Notes: generated by a model from the letters alone, not told the origin. A stretch of 64,000 bases of DNA from Polyangiales bacterium (GCA_965214225.1 OZ243942.1:2583779-2647778); one strand, 5' to 3'; positions 27,851 through 35,535 are shown, counted from the first letter of the stretch. A program made the numbers and translations.

Positions 27851-29359
27851 GTGTCGCATGAGCTTCCAGAGGTACTAGTAGGTGTCGGGGCCGTCGACAG
27901 CTCCACCGCGCGCCTGTGGTTCCGCTTGCCCCACTCGGGCGACTTCGTCCTCTGTCTAAGGTCAAAGCACGGGACCCACCAAGCCACTGTTCGCCTCACG
28001 CTTACCGAAGCGAATGACAAGACAACCACTTTGTTGCTTCCGGACGATGTGCCGGGAGTCGGAGAGCTTCAACCGCTCACACAATATGTGTTCACGCTCA
28101 GTGTCCAAGACAGGGAGCTTGCGGACGGGCGCTTCGAGACCGCGCCTAAAACGCAGACCGATGCGCCAGAACAGTTTTCCGTGGCGGTGGCGAGTTGCCA
28201 CATGCCTTTTGACGCAGCCGGACGGCTGGATGCCGTGGCGCTGGAGCTTATTGACGTCGTTTATGAGGCCTTGGAGAAGTATGACGTCAAGCGGGTCTTC
28301 TTTATGGGAGACCAGGTGTACGGCGACCTTCCTGCGAAGCGGTCGCTCTTCGACCCGAAGTACTTAGCTAAGCTCCGACCGGGGTGCGAATCGTTGCTGC
28401 ATTGCTCGCGGCAGCAGGTGCGGGAGCTTTACCATGAGCGCTACAGAGCCTTTTGGAGCCCGCCGGCGTTCAAAAAGCTTCAGTCACGCTACGCAACGCA
28501 CATGATCCTAGATGACCACGAAATCGTGGATAACTTCGGCTCTGACCCCACGCATTCAAGCGCTGAGTTCGCGGCGGTTCGTGAGGGCGCGGTTGATGCG
28601 TTTTGGGACTACCAGGCACAAAGGCAGTTTGGCGTCTCCTCCCGCCCCGATAACTTTGACCAGGTAAGTGTGTATGGACCTCTCGCGACCTACATACTCG
28701 ATATCCGCTCAAACCGTCGCGTTGAAAACGACAGTCTGCAGATCTATAGCGACGCGCAGCTGCAGAATCTCAAGAACTTCCTTGAGCAGCATGCGGACCT
28801 GCCGATACTGGCCATCGGTCTTAGCGTCCCCATCCTGCACGTTCCTGATTGGCTCGTCAGTTTCGGACTCCAGGTAACGGGTTGGGGCAGCGACATTGCA
28901 GATCGATGGTCGCATGAGGCGGCTAAGGCCAGTCGGGAGAAGCTGCTGGAGGTTCTTCACCACCATCAGACGCTTCACCCAAAGCAACGGATGGTGATTT
29001 TCGGCGGGGATGTACACATCGCTCTTCTAAGCGCCATACTGCATAACGAGGGGGTTCAGCCTCTCTATCAGCTCATCTCGAGCGCGTTGTCTAATCGCGA
29101 AAATCCGCTGCTAAAGATGTTTACCAAGGCCGCATCGCAGTTTGGGACGCTCCTACGAGACGACTCGATTCATCCGTACCAAGGTGCACAGCTGGTGCAA
29201 GCAGCGGGCGATGCAAAAAGCAATCCCTACGGGGGTTTGAACGTCGGGATCATGACGTGCGAGCGTCATCTAGATGAATGGACCATGCGCTTTCGCCTGC
29301 TGGGGTGCACAAAGGACGGTAAAGGAACGCGCGTCGTGTTCGAAAGCGAACGGCTGTGA
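27851..29359 (+). CDS. PhoD-like/metallophosphoesterase-type phosphatase
   Basis: 502-aa ORF with FFMGDQVYGD and LDDHEIVDNFG motifs typical of the alkaline phosphatase D family. No obvious Tat or Sec signal is visible. Confidence 0.7.
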   Translation: MSHELPEVLVGVGAVDSSTARLWFRLPHSGDFVLCLRSKHGTHQATVRLTLTEANDKTTTLLLPDDVPGVGELQPLTQYVFTLSVQDRELADGRFETAPKTQTDAPEQFSVAVASCHMPFDAAGRLDAVALELIDVVYEALEKYDVKRVFFMGDQVYGDLPAKRSLFDPKYLAKLRPGCESLLHCSRQQVRELYHERYRAFWSPPAFKKLQSRYATHMILDDHEIVDNFGSDPTHSSAEFAAVREGAVDAFWDYQAQRQFGVSSRPDNFDQVSVYGPLATYILDIRSNRRVENDSLQIYSDAQLQNLKNFLEQHADLPILAIGLSVPILHVPDWLVSFGLQVTGWGSDIADRWSHEAAKASREKLLEVLHHHQTLHPKQRMVIFGGDVHIALLSAILHNEGVQPLYQLISSALSNRENPLLKMFTKAASQFGTLLRDDSIHPYQGAQLVQAAGDAKSNPYGGLNVGIMTCERHLDEWTMRFRLLGCTKDGKGTRVVFESERL

Positions 29360-29380
29360 CCTCGGAATCGCGTGATCCGG

Positions 29381-29428
29381 CAGAGCTGCTTAACGGCAGA
29401 GCTGCTTAACGGCAGAGCTGCTTAACGG
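29381..29428. repeat. 16-bp tandem array x3 (CAGAGCTGCTTAACGG)
   Basis: Three perfect units, starting 22 nt after the phosphatase stop. Confidence 0.95.
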
Positions 29429-29710
29429 GTGCTTGAGCTTCCGGAGCAACGTGAGCCTTTTTCCTGACGTTCTGATGCGTGAGCTGCTCGGGATGCGAAC
29501 AGTCGTTCCACGTCCGGCCTCCCGCCTCCCAGACCTGAGGTAAACGTTCAGGTATTTTAGTATGCGCCTGGCAATCACAAACGCTTTGGATCTTGCTCTG
29601 GGATGAAGTTTCGAGCGTCTCGTCTTGGTGCTCTATGAACCCGCGTGATCAATAAGAGCAACGACCTCATATGGGAGCCGTCTATGTCAAGGTTGCTGTC
29701 TCAAGATTGC

Positions 29711-29731
29711 CTTGTAAAGTAACCTTTACAA
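29711..29731. repeat. 21-bp palindromic motif CTTGTAAAGTAACCTTTACAA (copy 1 of 2)
   Basis: 8-bp inverted repeat TTGTAAAG/CTTTACAA around a 4-nt centre. A 20/21 identical copy in the same orientation lies at 34087-34107. Confidence 0.8.
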
Positions 29732-29795
29732 AAGCGGCGCCTCAGTTTCGATGAACGACAGCCCAGGAGACGCGCGCCGATGAGGGCGGAAACAC

Positions 29796-30551
29796 TTAGC
29801 TATCATGCAAGGTGAGACACACGCTCTCGGGTGGCAGTGACCCTGCGTTGAGGGGGCGGTTCTGAAGCGCTGCGCGGCGTGTGGCGGTGGCCACGCATAC
29901 GGTTGCGGGCCCACTTCCGTTGAGCATGAAGGCTCCGGGCAGAGTCTCGGCGTTTCCGCCGGTCAGCATGCCTTCTCTTCCGAGTGGGAAGAACATCGCG
30001 TTGCCTTGAAAGACAATCAACCGGTAGTAGCGTGGCATGTTGCCTGGGCTGCTGAGTTCTACCTTGAACCGGTCGCCCTCGGCGAAGTGGCGCGGGTGGC
30101 GGTGCAGAGTGCCTTGGCGTTCGCGCACGAGCGTCATTGCCAGTGCTCCTCCCTTAACTCCGACACGCGATGTGTAGCGCGCAATAACGGGGTGCGGTGC
30201 ATCGGTCGCGGGTTCTACTGCGGTAAGAGCCACCATCGTCGCAATCGCAGCGGGCGCGAGCCACCACCACAGTCGCATAACCGATGTTCTTGCTTGCTGC
30301 GCCGTTCGTGCCGGTTGAGTGGCAGTCCGGTTCCGTGGTGGAAGAGGCCGAAGTGTGCGCTGTGCAGTGTCTTGCTGAATGAACCGCATCCTGCTGAGGC
30401 AGCTCTCGCACTGCGCAAGATGTGTCTCATGCTCGTTCTCCGCCAACGCGCTGTCCACTAGCGCGCCCTCGGAGGCGAGAGCGAGCTGCTCGAGTGCAAG
30501 CCACGAAGGGTGCCCGGTGCTCAACGTGCCATGGCGCTTATCTCTAAACAT
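29796..30551 (-). CDS. ZAS-type (zf-HC2) transmembrane anti-sigma factor with periplasmic DUF4384-like domain
   Basis: Start set at ATG 30551 (MFRDKRHG). The H-x3-C-x2-C motif is HLAQCESC. It has one TM helix (LWWWLAPAAIATMVALTAV). The C-terminal beta-rich domain (GDRFKVELSSPGNMPRYYRLIVFQGN) is tentatively DUF4384-like. Confidence 0.7.
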   Translation of the reverse strand: MFRDKRHGTLSTGHPSWLALEQLALASEGALVDSALAENEHETHLAQCESCLSRMRFIQQDTAQRTLRPLPPRNRTATQPARTAQQARTSVMRLWWWLAPAAIATMVALTAVEPATDAPHPVIARYTSRVGVKGGALAMTLVRERQGTLHRHPRHFAEGDRFKVELSSPGNMPRYYRLIVFQGNAMFFPLGREGMLTGGNAETLPGAFMLNGSGPATVCVATATRRAALQNRPLNAGSLPPESVCLTLHDS

Positions 30552-30687
30552 GGCTTTCCTCCTCTTGCACAAGCTCTTGCAGGACGCGCCGCACTTTAGC
30601 GAGCCGCTTGGTCACCATGCGTGTGCTGACTTCAAGAACCTCTGCGATCTCCTCGAGCGATAACTCATCGACGTACCGCAACACCAT
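30544..30687 (-). pseudogene. ECF sigma factor remnant: region 4 (HTH) only, 47 codons
   Basis: My translation is MVLRYVDELSLEEIAEVLEVSTRMVTKRLAKVRRVLQELVQEEESHV, preceded in frame by LDPKSAET. The frame closes (TGA) about 20 codons upstream, inside the caspase gene 3' end. No region 2 is present. The stop overlaps the anti-sigma ATG by 8 nt, the classic sigma/anti-sigma coupling. Confidence 0.55.
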
Positions 30688-30707
30688 CGTCTCGGCGCTC
30701 TTTGGGT

Positions 30708-32294
30708 CTAGCCTGTTGCATGCATCTCCCGGTCGGCCAGAGAAAGCCCGAGGTCAAGCTCGGCGTACGGAATCACCAGACCCTGCTGGATCGGATAGCT
30801 CGCCCGAAGCGCGGCAAAGAGGCCGTAGGTCGTCCAACTGTATCGACTGTCCGGGGTCTCTTGGCTCGGCAGTCCAGGAAACGGCACTTCACGGCTCCGG
30901 TAGAAGTGGCGCGGTCCAAGGTAGGCGGCCCCTAAGCCCACGGCGAAGTGGCGGCTCAGATGGAGCAGCGCGGTCAGTTGCAGGTTAGGCAGGAGGTCGT
31001 AGCCGTCGCGCTCGTATCCGTAGTCTTCCAGAGTTTGTGCGTAGTCGCCATTGTGCGGAAGCGAGAGCCCCAGCCCAAGCTCCATTGAAAGGTGGGTCCA
31101 CTGCGTGCGCGCGTGTGGCGCAGGTCCCGGATTCAGCTCAGCGCCTTTGGGCGTGGCTGTAGGTTGTGCGATGGGTCGACAGGCCGATCGGTCAAAGGTG
31201 GTTGTACTTTGCCGACGTAACTCAAAGCGGCATTCCAGGTGCCGCTGATCCCGGCCACTCAGCATGGCGCGGTACCTGCCGGGAGGCAGGGCCAGTCGCA
31301 CCTCACTTCCCCCCGCCTTATGCACCTCCGCCACCACATGGCGGACATCTTCACGCACGATCAGCAGGTCTGCGCTCTCCTTCTTTGGGAGCACAAGCGA
31401 CGACGATGCGATGCGAGGCTCGCTCAGCACCATGTCGCCCATCCCAGTCAACTTGGTCTCGAGGGTAGGGTGTTGTTTGCCGACCGCGGTTTTCGAGGTG
31501 TCGATTAGCGTGCGGTGGTAGGCGTAGCGGTAAGCCTCGTCGAGTGTGACGCGGCCGTCGCCGTCGCGGTCGGCCGCCCCGCGCAAGGCCACGACCAGAT
31601 GGTGTGTAAAGTACGAGGAGCGCAGTTCCTTTGCTTCCTGGCTATATTCGCTTGCAGAGGACGACGCGATCACGGCCACGCCGCTCATCTCGAGCTCGTC
31701 GATTGAATGGTAGGAGAAATCAGGAGCGCGGAATGCTCCCTTCACGCCCGAAATGGCGCCGGTCTGACATGCATCGAGGATGGCCAGCGTCACTGTTGCG
31801 GGCATCGCTTCAAGCTGCGCCCGCAGCCTCTCGAGCGGCACCTCATCGGTGCCTAGGTTCAGAGCGCGGGCGCGCGCATGCCCAGAGTAGTAGAATAGAA
31901 ACCTTGTCTTCTGGTCCCGCTGCTGGTGCGACTTAAGCTTGGCAGCAATGGCGTTAAGGGCCTCAAATACGCCCTTTGGGCTTGGGTCGCGAAGGACTGT
32001 CAGGTGTGATCGGGGATAGGCGCCTAGCTCATCAAGCACGTCGGCCAAGCGAGTTGCATCGCGATGCGCATAACGCAGGGCTTCTTGCCCAGGGCCGGCT
32101 TTAGTACTCCCGATCAGGAGTGCATAGGAGACAGGCCGCGAGTCCGCCACGGCATCCGCAGCCGGACCTAGGGCCAGCAGGAACGCCAAGGCTGTTCCGA
32201 AGAGGACACCCACCTCTGCACCCACGCGCCTACGGGCGCGCGATGAAGCCAACTCTCCACACTTAGCGGTCATGTTCTTCCTTAAGTTCAGCAT
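30708..32294 (-). CDS. Secreted caspase-family (peptidase C14) protein with beta-rich C-terminal domain
   Basis: Signal-peptide-like N-terminus (VGVLFGTALAFLLALGPAADA). Catalytic dyad contexts are FYYSGHA and AILDACQTG. The C-terminal ~130 aa shows an alternating-hydrophobic, beta-barrel-like pattern. Confidence 0.85.
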   Translation of the reverse strand: MLNLRKNMTAKCGELASSRARRRVGAEVGVLFGTALAFLLALGPAADAVADSRPVSYALLIGSTKAGPGQEALRYAHRDATRLADVLDELGAYPRSHLTVLRDPSPKGVFEALNAIAAKLKSHQQRDQKTRFLFYYSGHARARALNLGTDEVPLERLRAQLEAMPATVTLAILDACQTGAISGVKGAFRAPDFSYHSIDELEMSGVAVIASSSASEYSQEAKELRSSYFTHHLVVALRGAADRDGDGRVTLDEAYRYAYHRTLIDTSKTAVGKQHPTLETKLTGMGDMVLSEPRIASSSLVLPKKESADLLIVREDVRHVVAEVHKAGGSEVRLALPPGRYRAMLSGRDQRHLECRFELRRQSTTTFDRSACRPIAQPTATPKGAELNPGPAPHARTQWTHLSMELGLGLSLPHNGDYAQTLEDYGYERDGYDLLPNLQLTALLHLSRHFAVGLGAAYLGPRHFYRSREVPFPGLPSQETPDSRYSWTTYGLFAALRASYPIQQGLVIPYAELDLGLSLADREMHATG

Positions 32295-32379
32295 CTACCA
32301 GTCCATCACGTCGTTCATCAGCTAGATAACGCGTGGCTTTAGACAAACAGGAACCCCGCTGACGAAAAAAAGTCGTTCG

Positions 32380-32610
32380 TGTAACCGGTCAGTGGCTTTC
32401 AGATCAGGAAAGGACGCTTCCCGAGGAGGTAGTGCATTCGGCTCCTTTTATTATACAGCGTCCTCAAACCCCATCCTCACGCACCCAGGTTACCCAGGTG
32501 CGCTCCGGTGGGGTTTTGCGTGGAGTTCTCGTCGACTACGTCTCCTGCGATCCCAGCACTCGACTGCACAACCTCCTCGAAAACCGACTCGCCAGGGACT
32601 GACCAGTTAC
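32380..32610. mobile_element. MITE-like element, family C, long copy (about 230 bp) with nested inverted repeats
   Basis: Outer TIR is GTAACCGGTCAGT versus the reverse complement GTAACTGGTCAGT. Inner IR is CGAGGAGGTAGTGCATTCG (32422-32440) versus the reverse complement of 32561-32579 (17/19). Flanked by the 8-bp direct duplication GTCGTTCG (32372-32379 and 32611-32618). Confidence 0.6.
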
Positions 32611-32721
32611 GTCGTTCGCAACGCGTGAGGCATGCGGGCTGGGAGGGCACGCACACGTTTCGACCCACCTCGGATTACTAGCTACTGAAAACACACCTCT
32701 TTTGAGGGTGGTGCGTGTCCC

Positions 32722-32895
32722 CAATGCTGTTCAGTTAAGCCACTTTTCGGCTTACGTCCGCGGGAAAAATCCTCACGTACCATAACGTACGCTGCGGTTT
32801 TTCCCTGTGGGCGCTGGGATCGCAGGAGTGAAACGACGAGAACTCCACGAAACCTGACTCAACTGAACAGCATTGTTCTTAACTGATCAGCATTG
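32722..32895. mobile_element. MITE-like element, family A, copy 2 (174 bp)
   Basis: Same ends as copy 1. Flanked by the direct duplication TGCGTGTCC (32712-32720 and 32896-32904). It ends 14 nt from the stop of the HepT-like gene. Confidence 0.7.
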
Positions 32896-32909
32896 TGCGT
32901 GTCCGCGAA

Positions 32910-33404
32910 CTAATCTGTAGAGAGCTGCGTCAAGAAGCCTTTAAACGACTTCAGGTCAGCGAGAACAGCTGGATGCGCTGCGCGTAGTTTTTTCACCAGG
33001 AAGTCGAGTCGATCCCAATCGTACTCGAGCTCGAAGTAGTAGCGGCGGAAGTGTCGGAACTTGAGCAACTCGAGCAGATTCGGGAAGTTTGCTTCCGATA
33101 CCACGACGTCACGGATGCCCGGAACTGGTGTGCTCATCCTTTCAAGGAGATCGGTGTGCCATCGCTCAGCCGATAAGTGGTTTTCAAAAGTTTGGGAGAC
33201 GCGCAGTAGGATCGTCTCAAAGCACGTGTAGTAGTTTTCCAGAAGGCCGGCTGCAATGAGGGCGGCTCGAGACGTCCGGCCGAGCCGAGGGATGTCGTGC
33301 TTAAGCGCCTCTTCCAAGGAGCGAGAGAGTTGTACCAGCCCGCGCTCGCCCTTCTCGATCAACCCGAGGAGTTCAGCGACCCGCTCGTTCATAAACGACC
33401 TCAC
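32910..33404 (-). CDS. HepT-like (HEPN-fold) putative ribonuclease toxin
   Basis: 164-aa all-helical ORF immediately downstream of and overlapping a nucleotidyltransferase gene. It has a C-terminal LLKFRHFRRYYFELEYDWDRL motif similar to HepT-like R-H..R..Y motifs. An alternative start is ATG 33392. Confidence 0.6.
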   Translation of the reverse strand: MRSFMNERVAELLGLIEKGERGLVQLSRSLEEALKHDIPRLGRTSRAALIAAGLLENYYTCFETILLRVSQTFENHLSAERWHTDLLERMSTPVPGIRDVVVSEANFPNLLELLKFRHFRRYYFELEYDWDRLDFLVKKLRAAHPAVLADLKSFKGFLTQLSTD

Positions 33405-33768
33405 CCCGCTCTCGAATCGACATGGCCTGCTCGTGAGACAATCGCCTTAAATCAAGTAGGTCGACGGGAAACTTCGTCAACCGGATCGCATCGCCAAGCA
33501 TGGCGGCGTATGTTTCCGCGCTGATGGTCCCTTCCACCGCGATGTCGATATCGGAGATTTCGCTGAAGTGGTGTCCGTCCACGAGCGAGCCCCACTGGTA
33601 GATGCGTTCCACAGGATACGTTTCAACCAGTCGACTCACAATTGCATGAAAATCGTCGCGAGCCTCACTTAGCCGCTTTTGCAGCCACTGCTCGTGCATC
33701 GACTCTTTCCTTTGCAGAAAGGCGCGCGCCGCCTCGATGTCGAACGCCTCGGTCCTCACAACAAACAA
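33373..33768 (-). CDS. MNT-type nucleotidyltransferase (putative antitoxin of the MNT/HepT pair)
   Basis: 131-aa ORF with a pol-beta NTase signature: YQWGSLVDGHHFSEISDIDIAVEG (GS ... DxD). Confidence 0.8.
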   Translation of the reverse strand: MFVVRTEAFDIEAARAFLQRKESMHEQWLQKRLSEARDDFHAIVSRLVETYPVERIYQWGSLVDGHHFSEISDIDIAVEGTISAETYAAMLGDAIRLTKFPVDLLDLRRLSHEQAMSIRERGEVVYERAGR

Positions 33769-34083
33769 TATAGCGGCTCAACCGTACAGATGCACCCGTC
33801 GCGCGTACGCGGCCTCCGGTCGACCAGGCCACGACGGGCGACCAGGCCAAGACGGGCACTGGCGTCAAGGCCCGCACACGGCAATCAGACCCGCTCTAGA
33901 CTCACTATGAGTCACACCGAGGGACCCACTTCTCCGGAGGCTCATTCAGAAGCGTGTTTAGCAGGCGATCGAGCTCCTTTGGGGTCGGAAGGATCCGTCT
34001 CTACATACGACGTAGTTGGTGACCGCATCTCGCCCGGGCAAACAATAGGAGAGGGCGAGGAGAGACGGCCTCCGTCAAAAGCA

Positions 34084-34111
34084 GTGCTTGTAAAGCAACC
34101 TTTACAAGCAC
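34084..34111. repeat. Perfect 12-bp-stem hairpin containing copy 2 of the 21-bp palindromic motif
   Basis: GTGCTTGTAAAG-CAAC-CTTTACAAGCAC. It lies in the divergent region between the MNT gene start (33768, -) and the lipoprotein gene start (34434, +). Confidence 0.8.
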
Positions 34112-34433
34112 ATCAAGCCGGATTCATAGAGGATGACGATGCCTCAGCAGGTCACCGAAATCTCTCATCAGGTTCTTGAGCAGCTGCGTCGCGGTCAGCT
34201 GCGTTTCGATCAGCTGAGTTCTTAGTCAACTGGGCTCTTCGTCAACTGGGCTCTTCAACTAGACCTGGAGCGTGAAGTCTCCTACTTCCTAACCGCACTT
34301 AGGTGTCTCAGGTGAAGTCAATGACACCGCTTCCTCTGTCAGGTGTTGCACTTGGTCCTTGTGCTCGCGATGACTGGACGCTACACCAACGGCAGGTCCT
34401 TTGCATCACGCGGGACCTGCAAGGAGGAACCAT

Positions 34434-34763
34434 ATGTTCAAGAATCTTATGTTTGCAAGTGCGGTTAGCGCCCTGTGTTTGGCCGGGTGTGACCGGAAAG
34501 AACAATACGAAGAGGTTGGGGAGGCTGCCGATGATGTGCGAGAGGCGCAGCAGGAAGTAGCCGAAGCCCAAGGGGAAGCAGGCGCTGAAGTAGCAGCTCT
34601 CCGCGACGAGATTGCCGAGCTGAAGGGCCGTCTGCAGAGGATTGAGAGCGGAACGAGCGAAGAAGTTCAAGAAGAGAAGCAGGAGCTTCAGACAGCCAAG
34701 AAGGAGCTGCGCGAGGAGCTGAAGGATGTTTCCCCAGAGGATCCATCGCAGCTAGCGAAGTAA
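34434..34763 (+). CDS. Small acidic coiled-coil lipoprotein
   Basis: Start moved to ATG 34434 with AAGGAGG 6 nt upstream. The signal plus lipobox is MFKNLMFASAVSALCLAGC. The rest is Glu/Gln-rich heptad-like sequence. Confidence 0.7.
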   Translation: MFKNLMFASAVSALCLAGCDRKEQYEEVGEAADDVREAQQEVAEAQGEAGAEVAALRDEIAELKGRLQRIESGTSEEVQEEKQELQTAKKELREELKDVSPEDPSQLAK

Positions 34764-34769
34764 GGTGAA

Positions 34770-34804
34770 AACGAGGGGGACTGCCTGCGGCGGTTCCCCT
34801 CGTT
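34770..34804 (+). terminator. Terminator-like hairpin after the lipoprotein gene
   Basis: AACGAGGGG-(17 nt)-CCCCTCGTT forms a 9-bp stem starting 7 nt after the stop. The T-tail is weak. Confidence 0.4.
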
Positions 34805-35110
34805 CATTCAGCCCGCCGATTGCGCACCTGAGGCATCTTGGTTGTGGCATTCATGCCACTACGGTCAGGAATACCCAGATACGTTCGAGGACGCTATGGT
34901 TATGTCAGCGTGGAACGTTGGCTTGAGTATCGGTGCCTATCGTTGGCTACTGCGATGCTCCTGCTTCCGCGCCTATGCGTAGACGGCCCATCGGTAGACG
35001 GCCCAGACAAGTGGATATACGCGGACCCGTCGCACTTGAGTATTGCACGAGGGCGTTTATATCACCGTCGTAATCCGGTCCGGGAGGGACGCGGATGGGA
35101 GGATAGTGCG

Positions 35111-35266
35111 ATGGATGAAAAGAATCAATCTGGTGAGCGCGACGCTCCGCAGAAGAAGCAACCGCGTGACGCAGACGAGGCCTCCAAAGGTAAGGATGAG
35201 TCGCAGGTAGATGAGACCCTGGATGACAGCTTTCCAGCGAGCGATCCCCCCGCCTGGAATGGATAG
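35111..35266 (+). CDS. Small hydrophilic protein (51 aa) with C-terminal DSFPASDPP motif
   Basis: Internal ATG 35111 of track ORF 34838..35266, with GGGAGGA 8 nt upstream. The sequence is MDEKNQSGERDAPQKKQPRDADEASKGKDESQVDETLDDSFPASDPPAWNG. I recall the FPASDPP ending from small conserved bacterial proteins, but this is unverified. Confidence 0.5.
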   Translation: MDEKNQSGERDAPQKKQPRDADEASKGKDESQVDETLDDSFPASDPPAWNG

Positions 35267-35460
35267 CTAGTTGGGGTAGATAGCTAGTTGGAATGGAAGC
35301 ATCTTCAACCTCGCCTAGATCGGCTCGGGAAGGGAGTGCACCCCGCGTCGGGAGGGTTATGTCGCTGTCGCGCTTGACGTTCGTTTTGCGCGAATAGACG
35401 TTAGCTGTGCGCATGCCACGACCCCTCACCGACACGTCCCGTGATCCGCGCGCAGTTGAG

Positions 35461-35535
35461 CCAACTAGCGCTGGCTCAACTGGTGCTGACTCAACTAGCG
35501 TTGGCCTAGCTAGTGCTGGCCTAACTAGCGCGCAG
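35461..35535. repeat. Degenerate 15-bp tandem array x5 overlapping the PfpI-family gene stop
   Basis: Units are CCAACTAGCGCTGGC, TCAACTGGTGCTGAC, TCAACTAGCGTTGGC, CTAGCTAGTGCTGGC and CTAACTAGCGCGCAG. Confidence 0.8.

Noticed and set aside
30687-30760. Programmed frameshift fusing the caspase to the sigma region 4 peptide.
   Set aside because: The caspase has a secretion signal, whereas a sigma domain must be cytoplasmic. No slippery heptamer is evident. Pseudogene remnant or an independent small ORF are simpler explanations.
33679-34179. 166-aa plus-strand ORF next to the MNT gene.
   Set aside because: Its 5' third is antisense to the MNT gene. The product is Arg/Ser/Pro-rich low-complexity sequence typical of wrong-frame GC-rich DNA.
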